A stretch of 64,000 nt of DNA, taken from an uncultured Nitrososphaerota archaeon (GTDB lineage Archaea > Thermoproteota > Nitrososphaeria > Nitrososphaerales > Nitrosopumilaceae). The position numbers and the translations under genes were made by a program. A model generated the notes under the pieces. The model made no database searches, was not told the DNA's origin, and worked only from the letters and a program-made list of their open reading frames with translations. The stretch spans positions 101,615 to 165,614 of the forward strand of contig CAWGPD010000001.1 in NCBI GenBank assembly GCA_963824385.1, in the 5' to 3' direction. Shown piece after piece: positions 10,876 to 20,984 of this stretch; position 1 is the stretch's first letter, and each line of letters starts with the position of its first letter.

Positions 10876-10890
10876 CGGAGATAGAAAATT

Positions 10891-12580
10891 ATGGAAAAAA
10901 TTTCAGGTGCAAGGTCTTTGATGATCGCTTTGGAAAAAGAGGGCGTCGATATTGCCTTCGGACTACCGGGAGGTGCAAACTTGCCAATATACGACGAACT
11001 TTACAAAAGCAACATACGACATATTCTAGTAAGACATGAACAGTCTGCGTCACACATGGCAGATGGATATGGCAGAGTAAGTAGAAGACCAGGAGTATGT
11101 TTTGCAACATCAGGTCCAGGTGCAACGAACATTGTTACAGGAATTGCAACAGCTCAGGCAGACTCCTCTCCAATGGTTGCAATCACAGGTCAAGTTCCTT
11201 CAAAAATGATTGGTCGTGACGCATTTCAAGAAAGTGACATCATAGGAATTACAAACCCCATTGTAAAATATGCATTTCAGCCAATGACTCCTGGAGAAAT
11301 TCCAGAAGTAGTAAAGAAGGCATTCTATATCGCATCAACTGGAAGACCTGGTCCTGTTTTAATAGACATCCCAAAAGATGTGCAACAAAACGAAGCAGAG
11401 ATTCAATTCCCTTCCGAAGTTAAAATTAGAGGATATCATCCATGGGTAGATCCTGACATAAGAGAAATTGAAAGGGCAACTGAGATGTTACTATCTGCAG
11501 AAAGACCAATTATTCTTGCAGGTGGAGGAGTCATAATTTCAAGTGCATTTGCAGAACTTCAATCAATTGCAGAATTACTCATGATACCGGTTGTAACAAC
11601 TTTCAAAGGAAAGGGTTCATTTCCAGAAAATCATCCACTTTCACTTGGACCAATTGGAATGCACGGTCATGCAGAAGCAAATAAGATGATGACAGAAGCT
11701 GACTGTGTGCTAGCTTGTGGTTCCAGATTTTCAGACAGGTCAGTTGGTACATTTGAAGAATTTGAGAGAAATTTGAAGATAATACACATGGATGTAGATC
11801 CTGCAGAGATTGGAAAGAATCAGACTACAAACGTAGCAGTTGTTGGAGATGTAAAGACATCACTTAGAATCATGGTAAAGATGCTAATTCAAAAGGCTAT
11901 CAAACGAAATGGAGAAAGCGCATGGGCAAAAAGAGTTAAAGAAACTAAAGAATACTATAGAGAAAACATCAAGATTCACCCACATCCATTAGCAGCCTCC
12001 AAAGTTCTCAAAAAGTTAAGAGAGGTTCTTCCTGGTCAGTCTATTGTTACTACCGAAGTAGGTCAACATCAGATGTGGGCATCATTATTCTTTGATGTCA
12101 TACACCCAGGGACATTTTTTAGCTCTACAGGTCTTGGGACGATGGGGTGGGGATTCCCAGCAGCAATAGGTGCAAAAGCTGCAAGACCAGATGTTCCAGT
12201 TTTAGACATTGCAGGAGAAGGAAGTTTTAACATGACAGAAAATTCACTTGCAGTATCAGTATTAGATGATCTTCCAGTAATTGTATTCTTACTAAATAAT
12301 TTCTCACTTGGTATGGTAGCCCAATGGCAGAGAACATTTTATGATAGAAGAATGATAGGAATCGACCTTAAGAATTGTCCAGATTATGTCAAAGTAGCAG
12401 AAGCATACGGTGCACAAGGAATCAGAGTCGACTACAATTGACGAGATTGGAAAAGCAGTCCAGACAGCATTAAAGAGTAACATTACAACTGTCATAGACA
12501 TACCAATTGATCCACTAGAAGACGTATTACCATTTGTAGCACCTGGAACATCTCTCAAGGACATGATCTTACCATCATAG
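10891..12580 (+). CDS. ilvB: acetolactate synthase large subunit (apparent frameshift near 12428)
   Basis: FGLPGGA, RHEQ, TSGPGATN, GRPGPV, GQHQMW, GMVAQWQ; C-terminus continues TTIDEIGK...PFVAPG to TAG at 12580. Confidence 0.95.
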
Positions 12581-12589
12581 TGAAATAAC

Positions 12590-13081
12590 ATGTGGTCAAT
12601 TATTTCCGTTCTAGTAGAAAACAAGCCAGGTGTCTTGTTCAAGATTACAAACTTGTTTAGATCAAGAAACTATAACATTGACAGCATATCAGTAGGGATA
12701 ACTGAAAATCCCGAAGTCTCTAGAATGACAATTACTACAGAAGCAGATGAAAAACAGCTAAATCAAATAATAAAACAACTAGACAAATTGATTGATACAA
12801 TAGAAGTAAAACTATTAGATGAGAAGAAGAGCATATACCGAGAACTTGTCATGATGAAGATCAAAGTAACAAAACCAACTGACATCAAAGAGATAACAGA
12901 CCTTGCAAACGCCTTCAAGTGTGACGTTCATGATGTAAGAAAGTCTTCCATCATATTAGAGATAACTGCAACGCCAGATAGAATTAATGCCCTTGAAGAC
13001 CTTGTCAGAGGATATGGAATACTTGAAATGGCAAGAACTGGAATATGTGCATTAGCAAGAGGAGAAAGAAATGAAGGTTAG
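12590..13081 (+). CDS. ilvN: acetolactate synthase small subunit
   Basis: ACT domain SVLVENKPGVL...NIDSISVG, EMARTG. Confidence 0.95.
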   Translation: MWSIISVLVENKPGVLFKITNLFRSRNYNIDSISVGITENPEVSRMTITTEADEKQLNQIIKQLDKLIDTIEVKLLDEKKSIYRELVMMKIKVTKPTDIKEITDLANAFKCDVHDVRKSSIILEITATPDRINALEDLVRGYGILEMARTGICALARGERNEG

Positions 13082-14594
13082 AATTTTTGATACCACATTA
13101 AGAGATGGAGAGCAGACACCGGGCATAGCCTTGACTCCAGATCAAAAACTTACCATAGCACAAAAATTAGATGATCTAGGTGTTGATGCAATAGAAGCAG
13201 GTTTTCCAATTGTTTCAGAAGGAGAGATGACAGCAATTAGATCAATAACAGGCGCAGGATTGAAAGCAGAGATTTGCGGACTAGCGCGAACAGAGAAAAA
13301 AGACATTGATGTAGCTGTAGCAGTTGGGTTAAAGTACATCCACACATTCATTGCAACTTCAGACATACATCTCAAGTACAAGCTAAAATTAACTAGAGAG
13401 CAAGCATTAGAAAAAGCAGTTGAAGCAGTCCAGTATGCCAAGTCACTTGGATTACAAGTTGAATTCTCTGCAGAAGATGCTACAAGGACTGATAGAGAAT
13501 TTCTAAAAAAAGTATTCAAAGCAGTAACAGAAGCAGGCGCAGACAGATTAGACATTCCAGATACGGTGGGATATTCCACTCCACAATATATTGCCGAAAT
13601 TACAAGAGATACAATTGATGCAACACATCTACCAGTAAGTGTTCACTGTCACAATGATTTTGGTCTAGCTGTTGCAAATGCATTGTCTGCGATACAAGCT
13701 GGTGCAAAATGTGCACATGTTACAATCAATGGAATAGGAGAAAGAGCAGGTAATGCGTCTTTAGAAGAACTAGTAATGGGATTACAATGCCTCCAATGGG
13801 ATAAGGACAGAAAATTTGAGACAAATATTAACACCAAACTTCTTTACGAGACTTCACGATTCATCTCAAAGATAGTAGGAGTACAGGTTCAGCCAAACAA
13901 GGCAATTGTGGGAGAAAATGCATTTGGTCATGAATCTGGAATTCATACACATGGAGTATTGAGCAATCCGTTAACCTACGAACCAATCAGTCCTGAACTT
14001 GTGGGTAGAACAAGATGGTTCCAAGTAGGAAAACACGCAGGAGCACATGGAGTTTCTGCCATGCTTGAAGAATATGGAATCCAACCTTCAAAAGAGCAGA
14101 CGCATGAAATTTTAGAGAAGATCAAAAAGCTTGGAGACCTAGGAAAACATGTAACAGATGTTGAGCTTTTAGGAATTGCCGGAGAGGTAATGCAACAACA
14201 GGGATTAAAGAGACTAGTCCACCTCGTAGGTTTTTCAGTATCAACGGGAATTGGAAATATGCCATATGCATTTGTAAAGTTAAACATTGAAGGAAAGGAC
14301 TTTATCAGTACAGATTACGGGGTAGGCCCAGTAGATGCGTCAATAAACGCAATACAGAAAATTACTGGGGAAATATCCAAAGTCAGGGTAAAAGATTACA
14401 AGTGAGATTCAATCTCGGGAGGTTCAGAGGCATTATGTGAAGTTACCATCAAAGTTGAAGACGCATATGGAAACCAAGCCTCTGCAAAATCAGTAGGAGA
14501 AGATATTGTAATTACAAGTGTACAAGCAGTAATAGATGGCATAAATAGAATAATGCTTAAAAAAATTCTTAAACAAAAAAACTTGGGACAGTAA
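13071..14594 (+). CDS. leuA: 2-isopropylmalate/citramalate synthase (in-frame TGA at 14403-14405)
   Basis: DTTLRDGEQ, HCHND, GIGERAGN, HESGIH; regulatory domain continues in frame past the TGA (DSISGGSEAL...) to TAA at 14594. Confidence 0.9.
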
Positions 14595-15611
14595 ATGTAC
14601 AAAATATCACTTATCACCGGAGACGGAATAGGTCCAGAATTATCAGAATCAGTTATCGAAGTATTGAATGCAGTAAATGACAAATTTGGAGTAAAGTTAG
14701 ATATTACAAAATTACAAGCAGGTGATACAGCACTCAAAAAAACAGGAAAGGCACTTCCAGATGAAACATTAGATGCAATAAAAAAGTCTGATGCATGTCT
14801 CAAGGCACCTGTTGGTGAAAGCGCCGCAGATGTGATTGTGGTATTGCGAAGAATGTTAGACCTTTATGCAAACATCAGACCTGCCAAGTCTTATCCAAAC
14901 ATGCCAGCATTAAAGCAAAACATAGACATGATAATAGTAAGAGAAAATACGGAGGACCTATACACAGGTATGGAATTTGACCTTGGAGAGACATCTGTTG
15001 CATTACGTACAATCTCAAAGAGAGCATCAGAGAGAATTGCAAAATATGCATTCATGACAGCAGAGCAGCGAAATGGAAAGAAAAAGGTAACATGTGTACA
15101 CAAATCAAATGTGATGAAAAAGACAGACGGTTTGTTTTCAAGGTCATGCCAGGAAGTGGCAAATAACTATCCTAAAATTTCATTTGAGCAGATGTATGTA
15201 GATGCATGTGCCATGAATCTAATAAGACAGCCAGAGGATTTTGACGTTATAGTAACTACCAATTTGTTTGGGGACATTTTATCAGATGAGGCATCACAGG
15301 TTGTAGGAGGATTGGGAATGGCACCGGCAGCAAACATTGGAGACAAATTTGCATTATTTGAGCCAGTTCATGGCGCAGCATTTGACATAGCAGGAAAACA
15401 AGTTGCAAATCCATCCTCGTTTATTTTATCTGCAAAGATGATGTTTGAGTGGCTTGGAATGAAAAATAATGACAAGGCATGTTATGATATAGCAAAAAAG
15501 ATAGAAGATGCAGTATATGGAATTGTCAAAGAAGGAATCAAGACAAAAGATATTGGCGGTAACAAGAGCACTGTGGAATTTACACAGAGTGTAATATCAA
15601 AAATTACTTGA
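14595..15611 (+). CDS. leuB: 3-isopropylmalate dehydrogenase
   Basis: GDGIGPE, RENTEDLY, NLFGDILSD, FEPVHGAA. Confidence 0.9.
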   Translation: MYKISLITGDGIGPELSESVIEVLNAVNDKFGVKLDITKLQAGDTALKKTGKALPDETLDAIKKSDACLKAPVGESAADVIVVLRRMLDLYANIRPAKSYPNMPALKQNIDMIIVRENTEDLYTGMEFDLGETSVALRTISKRASERIAKYAFMTAEQRNGKKKVTCVHKSNVMKKTDGLFSRSCQEVANNYPKISFEQMYVDACAMNLIRQPEDFDVIVTTNLFGDILSDEASQVVGGLGMAPAANIGDKFALFEPVHGAAFDIAGKQVANPSSFILSAKMMFEWLGMKNNDKACYDIAKKIEDAVYGIVKEGIKTKDIGGNKSTVEFTQSVISKIT

Positions 15612-15945
15612 CGTCAGACGCAGGTGGTTCTCTTGACCAAAAGAACATTGCAAGACTAATTGGAACCATAATCATTATTGCAACTCCTAATGAAATCCAA
15701 TAAAATGCAGGATCAATTCCTTTGATAAAAGGAACTGGAAATACGGTATACGCCCAGACAAACGCAATAAATCCTAAGAGTACTTTATTTTTTTTAAAAA
15801 TACGCCATCCAAGTTTTCTTTTTGCTATATAGCAACGCTTGCATCTAGTCCTGTCATCAGTCATGCATGAAGTGCAACAGTGTTTTTCACAAAAGTAGCA
15901 TGTTCTATCACCAAATTCAGAACCGCAAAAATCACATTGTCGCAC
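15604..15945 (-). CDS. Cys-rich N-terminal Zn finger plus two-TM membrane protein
   Basis: four CxxC-type pairs followed by two hydrophobic helices. Confidence 0.65.
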   Translation of the reverse strand: MRQCDFCGSEFGDRTCYFCEKHCCTSCMTDDRTRCKRCYIAKRKLGWRIFKKNKVLLGFIAFVWAYTVFPVPFIKGIDPAFYWISLGVAIMIMVPISLAMFFWSREPPASDVK

Positions 15946-16043
15946 AATTCACCTGTATGTGATCAAAATTTATCTTTTTATGAGTACATTTTGTACACGG
16001 ATAATTCTGTGATAGTATTTGAACCACGAGACATCTAGCAATA

Positions 16044-17353
16044 CTACCTTGTAGGGAAGTGATGTATGTTATGTTGGTGATGTGGTACATGTATTGGGTG
16101 ACCACTAGTCTCAACTACAAGATCTGCAAACCATGTGGATCCAGGCACTCCAAGTGCCTCATTATTTACCACATTGTTCATGAATTGATCATTTATGCTA
16201 GTCACATTTGCATTAGATGAATAGTCTGTGACTAACAATCCTACAGGATTATTCTGGAAGAAGTTATTTGTGCTCGTTCCGTTGAAGCTGTCAAAGACAA
16301 CCCCATAGCCATAGTTTTTCAGAAAGACATTATTACTTGCATCATTATTTGCTGACAATGTATTGTCACCTCCTACCCACATTCCAATGTCACTGAGTGA
16401 CACTGCATTGTTTGATATTACTACACCAGGTGCATCAAATAACAATATACCAGTTGCCTGATAAAGGGAGGTGAAGTAGTCTTCAGTATCAGATGCAGTC
16501 TGAATAACTATCACCGCTTATCTGACTGTTCTCTATTGTTCCTGTTGCACCATATGCTATCTGGACACCATTTTGTGCCGTAAGAGTGGTCTGTCCAATG
16601 CCTGCTACAACATCATTAGAAACATCACATGAGGTACCAGCATCATTACATGTTATTCCATTTTTTTGATAATTAGTTATGCTACTATCCTTAATCAGTA
16701 CATTTGAGTTTAGACCTGTTGCGGTCTGTACAAATATTCCAAGACCCGCGTCATCCTGACATCCAAATAATGCCTGGTTGCTTTCAACATCAAGGCTAAC
16801 AACATCATCAATTGTTCCAGATGCACTCTGGAACATAATCCCTACAGGTTCAGGATTACTTGCATCCAAACCACAGTCAGTTAGTTTGCTTCCAATTATG
16901 TTACCATTTACCTCAAGATTTTGTATGGTTACACCAGTCAAGCCTGCTGATCCTCCTTGTACAAGTATTATAGGAGCACTGAGATTATGCGAATTATCAA
17001 TATCTGAAGTTGTTGACACAAGATTTGTTGGCTCCAATATTGCAATATCATTCAAGTTATGCGATTCACCGTTTTGTATTGCATGCCCAACGCCCTCCAA
17101 TGTCAAAGGCTTGGTTATCACAATATTTTCATGATATACAGTCTGCATCTAGACATATTGTAGAACCAGAGGCAGAAGCATCTATTGCAGATTGAATTGC
17201 ATTATCTCCAACATTTTCTCCGTTTATTGTAACTGTGCAGTGTTGATTCAGAGTAATGTTATCAGGGTCATTTGTCGCAAAGGCAACACTGCCAAAAAGT
17301 AATGAACTGATTGCAAATATGCTTAATATCGATAGAAACGCCTGCAAATTCAC
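16044..17353 (-). CDS. secreted right-handed parallel beta-helix protein, split into three ORFs by two frameshifts
   Basis: signal peptide, IQSAID..SGSTI, YHENIVITKPLTLEG, YQKNGI, AQNGVQI; breaks at ~17142 and ~16499. Confidence 0.75.
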
Positions 17354-17386
17354 TGACGAATAGTTCTTCTACAACTTATTATAGAT

Positions 17387-18676
17387 TTATGGGAATAGTC
17401 TTTCAGGATCACGAGGATATAGTACAACCTCTCTAACATTGTCAATCTGCGTTAAAACAGCCATCAGCCTATCCAAGCCTAATCCCCAACCAGAATGAGG
17501 TGGCATCCCCCAGTCAAATGCTTTCAAGTGGTCTTCAAATTGTACAGGATCTAGTCCTTGTTCTACCAGTCTAGATCTTATCTTGGCAGGATCATGTAGT
17601 CTTCTACCTCCAGAAGACAATTCAAGATATCCAAATTGGAGATCAAATGATTTTGAAGTTGTAGGATCATCTTCTTTTTCATGGATGTAAAACGGTTTTA
17701 GTTTAAGTGGCCAATCAGTCAAAAAGTAAAATCCAGGATGAATCTCACCAAGTTTTCTCAGATGCGAGTCAAGTAAATCATCCCCAAATGTAAGACCAAG
17801 TCCTTGTTTTCCAAGATCTTCAATTGCTTGTCTGTATGTCACCCTATCAAAAGGTGTTTTTGGCGTTTTAATTTCAATTCCCAAATTCTTTTGTTCTTCA
17901 GTACAGTTTTTTTCTACATACTCAAAAACAGATACAACTAGTTTTTCTAAAATTTCCATAACATCGGTATAATCCATAAATGCAGATTCAATGTCAACGC
18001 TTGTAAATTCTGTCAGGTGTCTTACAGTATGAGAGTTTTCAGCTCGATAAAAAGAAGATATTTCAAATATTCTCTCAAGTCCAAGTGTTAGTTGTTCTTT
18101 GTAAAGTTGTGGACTCTGTGCAAGATATGCTTGCTTGTCAAAATATTTTAAAGAAAATAAATCAGCTCCACCTTCACTTGCACTTCCTATAATTTTTGGA
18201 GTAGTCACTTCAAGAAAACCAAGTTCGGTCAGTGTCTTGCGTATGGAAAGAAGAACATGATGTCGTATCTTAAAGATGGATGCAGTTTTTTGGTTGCGAA
18301 GATCAAGCGCTCGTGCATTTAACCTGTTATCAATTCCACTTTCTAATCTACCAAGTGGGTCTATTGGTAGAGGATGTATTGCTCTTGATAAAATCTCAAT
18401 TTTCTCAGCCTTTATCTCATATGTAAAATCTCGCGCTTTAGATTCTTGTACTGCGCCTGCAATTCTCACAACACTCTGTCTGCTAAGGTCTTTGACTTGC
18501 TGCAGGTTTTCTGGACCTGCAACTACAATCTGCGATACGCCTGTGACATCTCTCAAAGTAAGAAATGTGAGTTTTCCCAATTCTCGTAAATCTTCCACCC
18601 AACCTGCAACTATGACTTTTTGACCTTTCATCGAAGGTCCAAGTGAACCTATATTGTGAGTTTTTGTAATATCCAT
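17387..18676 (-). CDS. aspS: non-discriminating aspartyl-tRNA synthetase
   Basis: OB fold, ASEGGA, LAQSPQLYK, YRAE, GMPPHSGWGLGLDR. Confidence 0.95.
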   Translation of the reverse strand: MDITKTHNIGSLGPSMKGQKVIVAGWVEDLRELGKLTFLTLRDVTGVSQIVVAGPENLQQVKDLSRQSVVRIAGAVQESKARDFTYEIKAEKIEILSRAIHPLPIDPLGRLESGIDNRLNARALDLRNQKTASIFKIRHHVLLSIRKTLTELGFLEVTTPKIIGSASEGGADLFSLKYFDKQAYLAQSPQLYKEQLTLGLERIFEISSFYRAENSHTVRHLTEFTSVDIESAFMDYTDVMEILEKLVVSVFEYVEKNCTEEQKNLGIEIKTPKTPFDRVTYRQAIEDLGKQGLGLTFGDDLLDSHLRKLGEIHPGFYFLTDWPLKLKPFYIHEKEDDPTTSKSFDLQFGYLELSSGGRRLHDPAKIRSRLVEQGLDPVQFEDHLKAFDWGMPPHSGWGLGLDRLMAVLTQIDNVREVVLYPRDPERLFP

Positions 18677-18686
18677 TAAATCCAGC

Positions 18687-19196
18687 CTACTTTCTCTCAA
18701 ATTCCACTACTAGTTCTATCTTTCTAAGATCGTGTGCAATTGCAATTACCCTGTTTACATCTATTGGAAATTTTGCGGTCTTTTTTCCAGACACTATGAC
18801 TTTGGTTTTTCTAAGACCACCCAAAGCCCAAACTTGGTTTATTGCAAGTATTTTGATTGGAAAGAATACATCTTCGATGAATTTCTTGTCATCAGAGTTT
18901 TGATGGACAAGCCAAATTTTTCCTGAAAATTCACCTTGAAGTATACGATAAAGTTCTCTACTTTGTCTAATAGTCATAATATCCTGACTCCCAAGATAGA
19001 TTACAAAATCACCGTTTGATTCACTGCATGAATTTAAGGTGAATTTTTCTATTTGTGGTATCTTTTGAGAAAGTTTTACAAGTTTTATGGAGGCATTAAC
19101 ATCTGCCTTTGTTAGTACTCCATGATCTAATTTTGACTCACATTGAGGACACAGTATACCATTCATTGCATCAAAATTACAAATTGGTGTCCTCAT
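18687..19196 (-). CDS. nusA: archaeal NusA-like KH protein
   Basis: PICNFD..GILCPQC N-terminus typical of the aspS-linked NusA paralogue. Confidence 0.75.
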   Translation of the reverse strand: MRTPICNFDAMNGILCPQCESKLDHGVLTKADVNASIKLVKLSQKIPQIEKFTLNSCSESNGDFVIYLGSQDIMTIRQSRELYRILQGEFSGKIWLVHQNSDDKKFIEDVFFPIKILAINQVWALGGLRKTKVIVSGKKTAKFPIDVNRVIAIAHDLRKIELVVEFERK

Positions 19197-19225
19197 GGAA
19201 ATCGATTTTTTGCTTACAAAACTGG

Positions 19226-19240
19226 AAGATAAACTATGCG
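19226..19240 (-). promoter_or_regulatory. putative TATA/BRE of nusA-aspS, abutting the IS6 target site
   Basis: minus strand CGCATAGTTTATCTT, about 30-44 nt upstream of the nusA ATG. Confidence 0.45.
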
Positions 19241-19246
19241 AAATTA
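19239..19246 (+). repeat. 8-bp target duplication copy 1 (CGAAATTA)
   Basis: identical copies at 23059-23066 and 26941-26948, each immediately followed by GGTTCTGT. Confidence 0.95.
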
Positions 19247-19321
19247 GGTTCTGTTCATTTGACGATTGATCTTCTCCGTGTTCAAAATCGGTTGATGATT
19301 AAATAATTTGACACTGGTAAA

Positions 19322-19804
19322 TTAACATGGTACGGCATACTCTTCACCAGCCTCGAATAACCGAACTGGCGTATGCCTTGGATCCAATCTTCTCACATTT
19401 TTATAGTTATGAAGAACCCCCCCATCACTTGTTACAATAATTACTTCAGGTTGATTTAATAAATTTAAAAAAGACAATTCACCAACCTGACACTCAGGAA
19501 TAAGTGGTAGTAAACCTATTTTGTTAGTTATCTCTTTCACTATTTGTTTGTCAATGGATGGTATACTCACTCTGCGAAGAACATTGGTAAGATGTTTAAT
19601 TGCCAAGTTTACGCCCTTACTACTTATTTTTCTAGCATAATACAGTCTCATTACTAATTCAATCACTACTACTGGGGTAACGATGAACATGCCCTCATTA
19701 CTACTAATTGTATTTTTTAGCCACTCTCTTACATTACTATTTTTGTTAACAAAGTAGTCTTCCCATACTGTAGTGTCTGTTACATAGAGAGGGGAAAGAC
19801 TCAA
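19322..19804 (-). CDS. PIN-domain (VapC-like) nuclease, element 1 cargo
   Basis: YVTDTTVW N-terminus, VVVIEL, IIVTSD C-terminal motif. Confidence 0.75.
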   Translation of the reverse strand: MSLSPLYVTDTTVWEDYFVNKNSNVREWLKNTISSNEGMFIVTPVVVIELVMRLYYARKISSKGVNLAIKHLTNVLRRVSIPSIDKQIVKEITNKIGLLPLIPECQVGELSFLNLLNQPEVIIVTSDGGVLHNYKNVRRLDPRHTPVRLFEAGEEYAVPC

Positions 19805-20196
19805 TTCTCTGCTGAATCCAATATCTCATCAATCTTATCTAACGCTTTTACCGCATCTTCGCCTTCAAGTTTTTTCCCTATTACAATCTGTTTTAGGTCT
19901 TCATCATATATGTCTGCAAATAATTCATCCCCTACTTTCCAATTGAGTTTATTGGTTAGATCGAATGGGAGTACTAATCCATTATTTTCATTAAGCATTA
20001 CTTTTGGTTCAACATTAAAAAATGACATATTTTGGAAAGACTCTGGATAATTTAATTCAGCATAGTAAGGAGTTTTGTATACACCTTTAACTTCAGCTAA
20101 TAGCCATATTTTTTCTTGTTTTCTCGGGATAACTTTGATTGGTTTTTGTTCCTTTGGAACAATATCATACCATTCATCTTCTTTTTGTTTACTCAT
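19801..20196 (-). CDS. AbrB/SpoVT-like protein (putative antitoxin), element 1 cargo
   Basis: GLVLPFDLTNKLNWKVGDEL swapped-hairpin pattern; 4-nt overlap with the PIN gene. Confidence 0.55.
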   Translation of the reverse strand: MSKQKEDEWYDIVPKEQKPIKVIPRKQEKIWLLAEVKGVYKTPYYAELNYPESFQNMSFFNVEPKVMLNENNGLVLPFDLTNKLNWKVGDELFADIYDEDLKQIVIGKKLEGEDAVKALDKIDEILDSAEN

Positions 20197-20819
20197 TGTC
20201 CTTTCACCTTCTTTACATAAGATTCAGCCTTCTCTATTTGTTTTTCCATATTCTGAAGTTCTTTGATTAGTTTTTTTACTTCGGTTTTGGTGAGTTCAAA
20301 ACTTACTGGTCGTTTGTCTCCTGCTTCAGTAATTTTAAAATTTATGTTACAACATGGATAAAGATATTCGTCAAAATGAGGTGGTGATAATAATCTTACA
20401 TCATAATCAAATGAACGAATGTCTAAAGTAGGAGTTGCAGAATGAAATTTGTAATCTATATCATGTAATATTCCTTCTTTTTCTAATCTATCTGAAAGAG
20501 TTAGTAATCTATCAGCATCCTGTTTTGAAATTTTAAGACTACTTTCCAGTGTATTTTTATTTTTAACATAATGTAATAGAGTCTGAGTAGCATCCATTAT
20601 TTCACCCAATATTGTGACTAGTTGTTTTGTCTCTAATCCTTGTATTTTGATTTTGTTAACTTCAGGTGCATGTGTGTACAGTCCTACTCCCTCGTCTACA
20701 GGTTCAACTACAATTGTACAGTCAGACCATAATCGTACAAATGTATCTAAAACCTGATTAAATTGATCGGGAGTTAATTTGAATAAATTGGGAAATCCAA
20801 AAGTATTTTGTTCAGACAT
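20193..20819 (-). CDS. hypothetical protein with COMM-domain-like C-terminus, element 1 cargo
   Basis: helical N-terminal half; SFDYDVR...PCCNINFKI...VSFELTKTEVKKLIKELQNMEKQI. Confidence 0.5.
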   Translation of the reverse strand: MSEQNTFGFPNLFKLTPDQFNQVLDTFVRLWSDCTIVVEPVDEGVGLYTHAPEVNKIKIQGLETKQLVTILGEIMDATQTLLHYVKNKNTLESSLKISKQDADRLLTLSDRLEKEGILHDIDYKFHSATPTLDIRSFDYDVRLLSPPHFDEYLYPCCNINFKITEAGDKRPVSFELTKTEVKKLIKELQNMEKQIEKAESYVKKVKGQ

Positions 20820-20984
20820 AGTATTATCCTGCAAAAAATTCTATTTAAACATAAGCAAGTAACTATGATGTAGGTTTCCAGTATTCCGTAATTCTATGTC
20901 TACAATCATCACACCATAAATATTTGATTTGATAATCATAGTCAGCATCCATTCGGATTTTGCATGAGGGACATTCGTATGTAG

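Noticed and set aside
14403-14405. In-frame TGA in leuA (also smc 31993, nre 43598) as selenocysteine, readthrough or an alternative genetic code
   Set aside because: The positions fit Leu rather than Cys or Trp, TGA is a normal stop in many genes here, and all three share the AG|TGA context consistent with an AGCT miscall.
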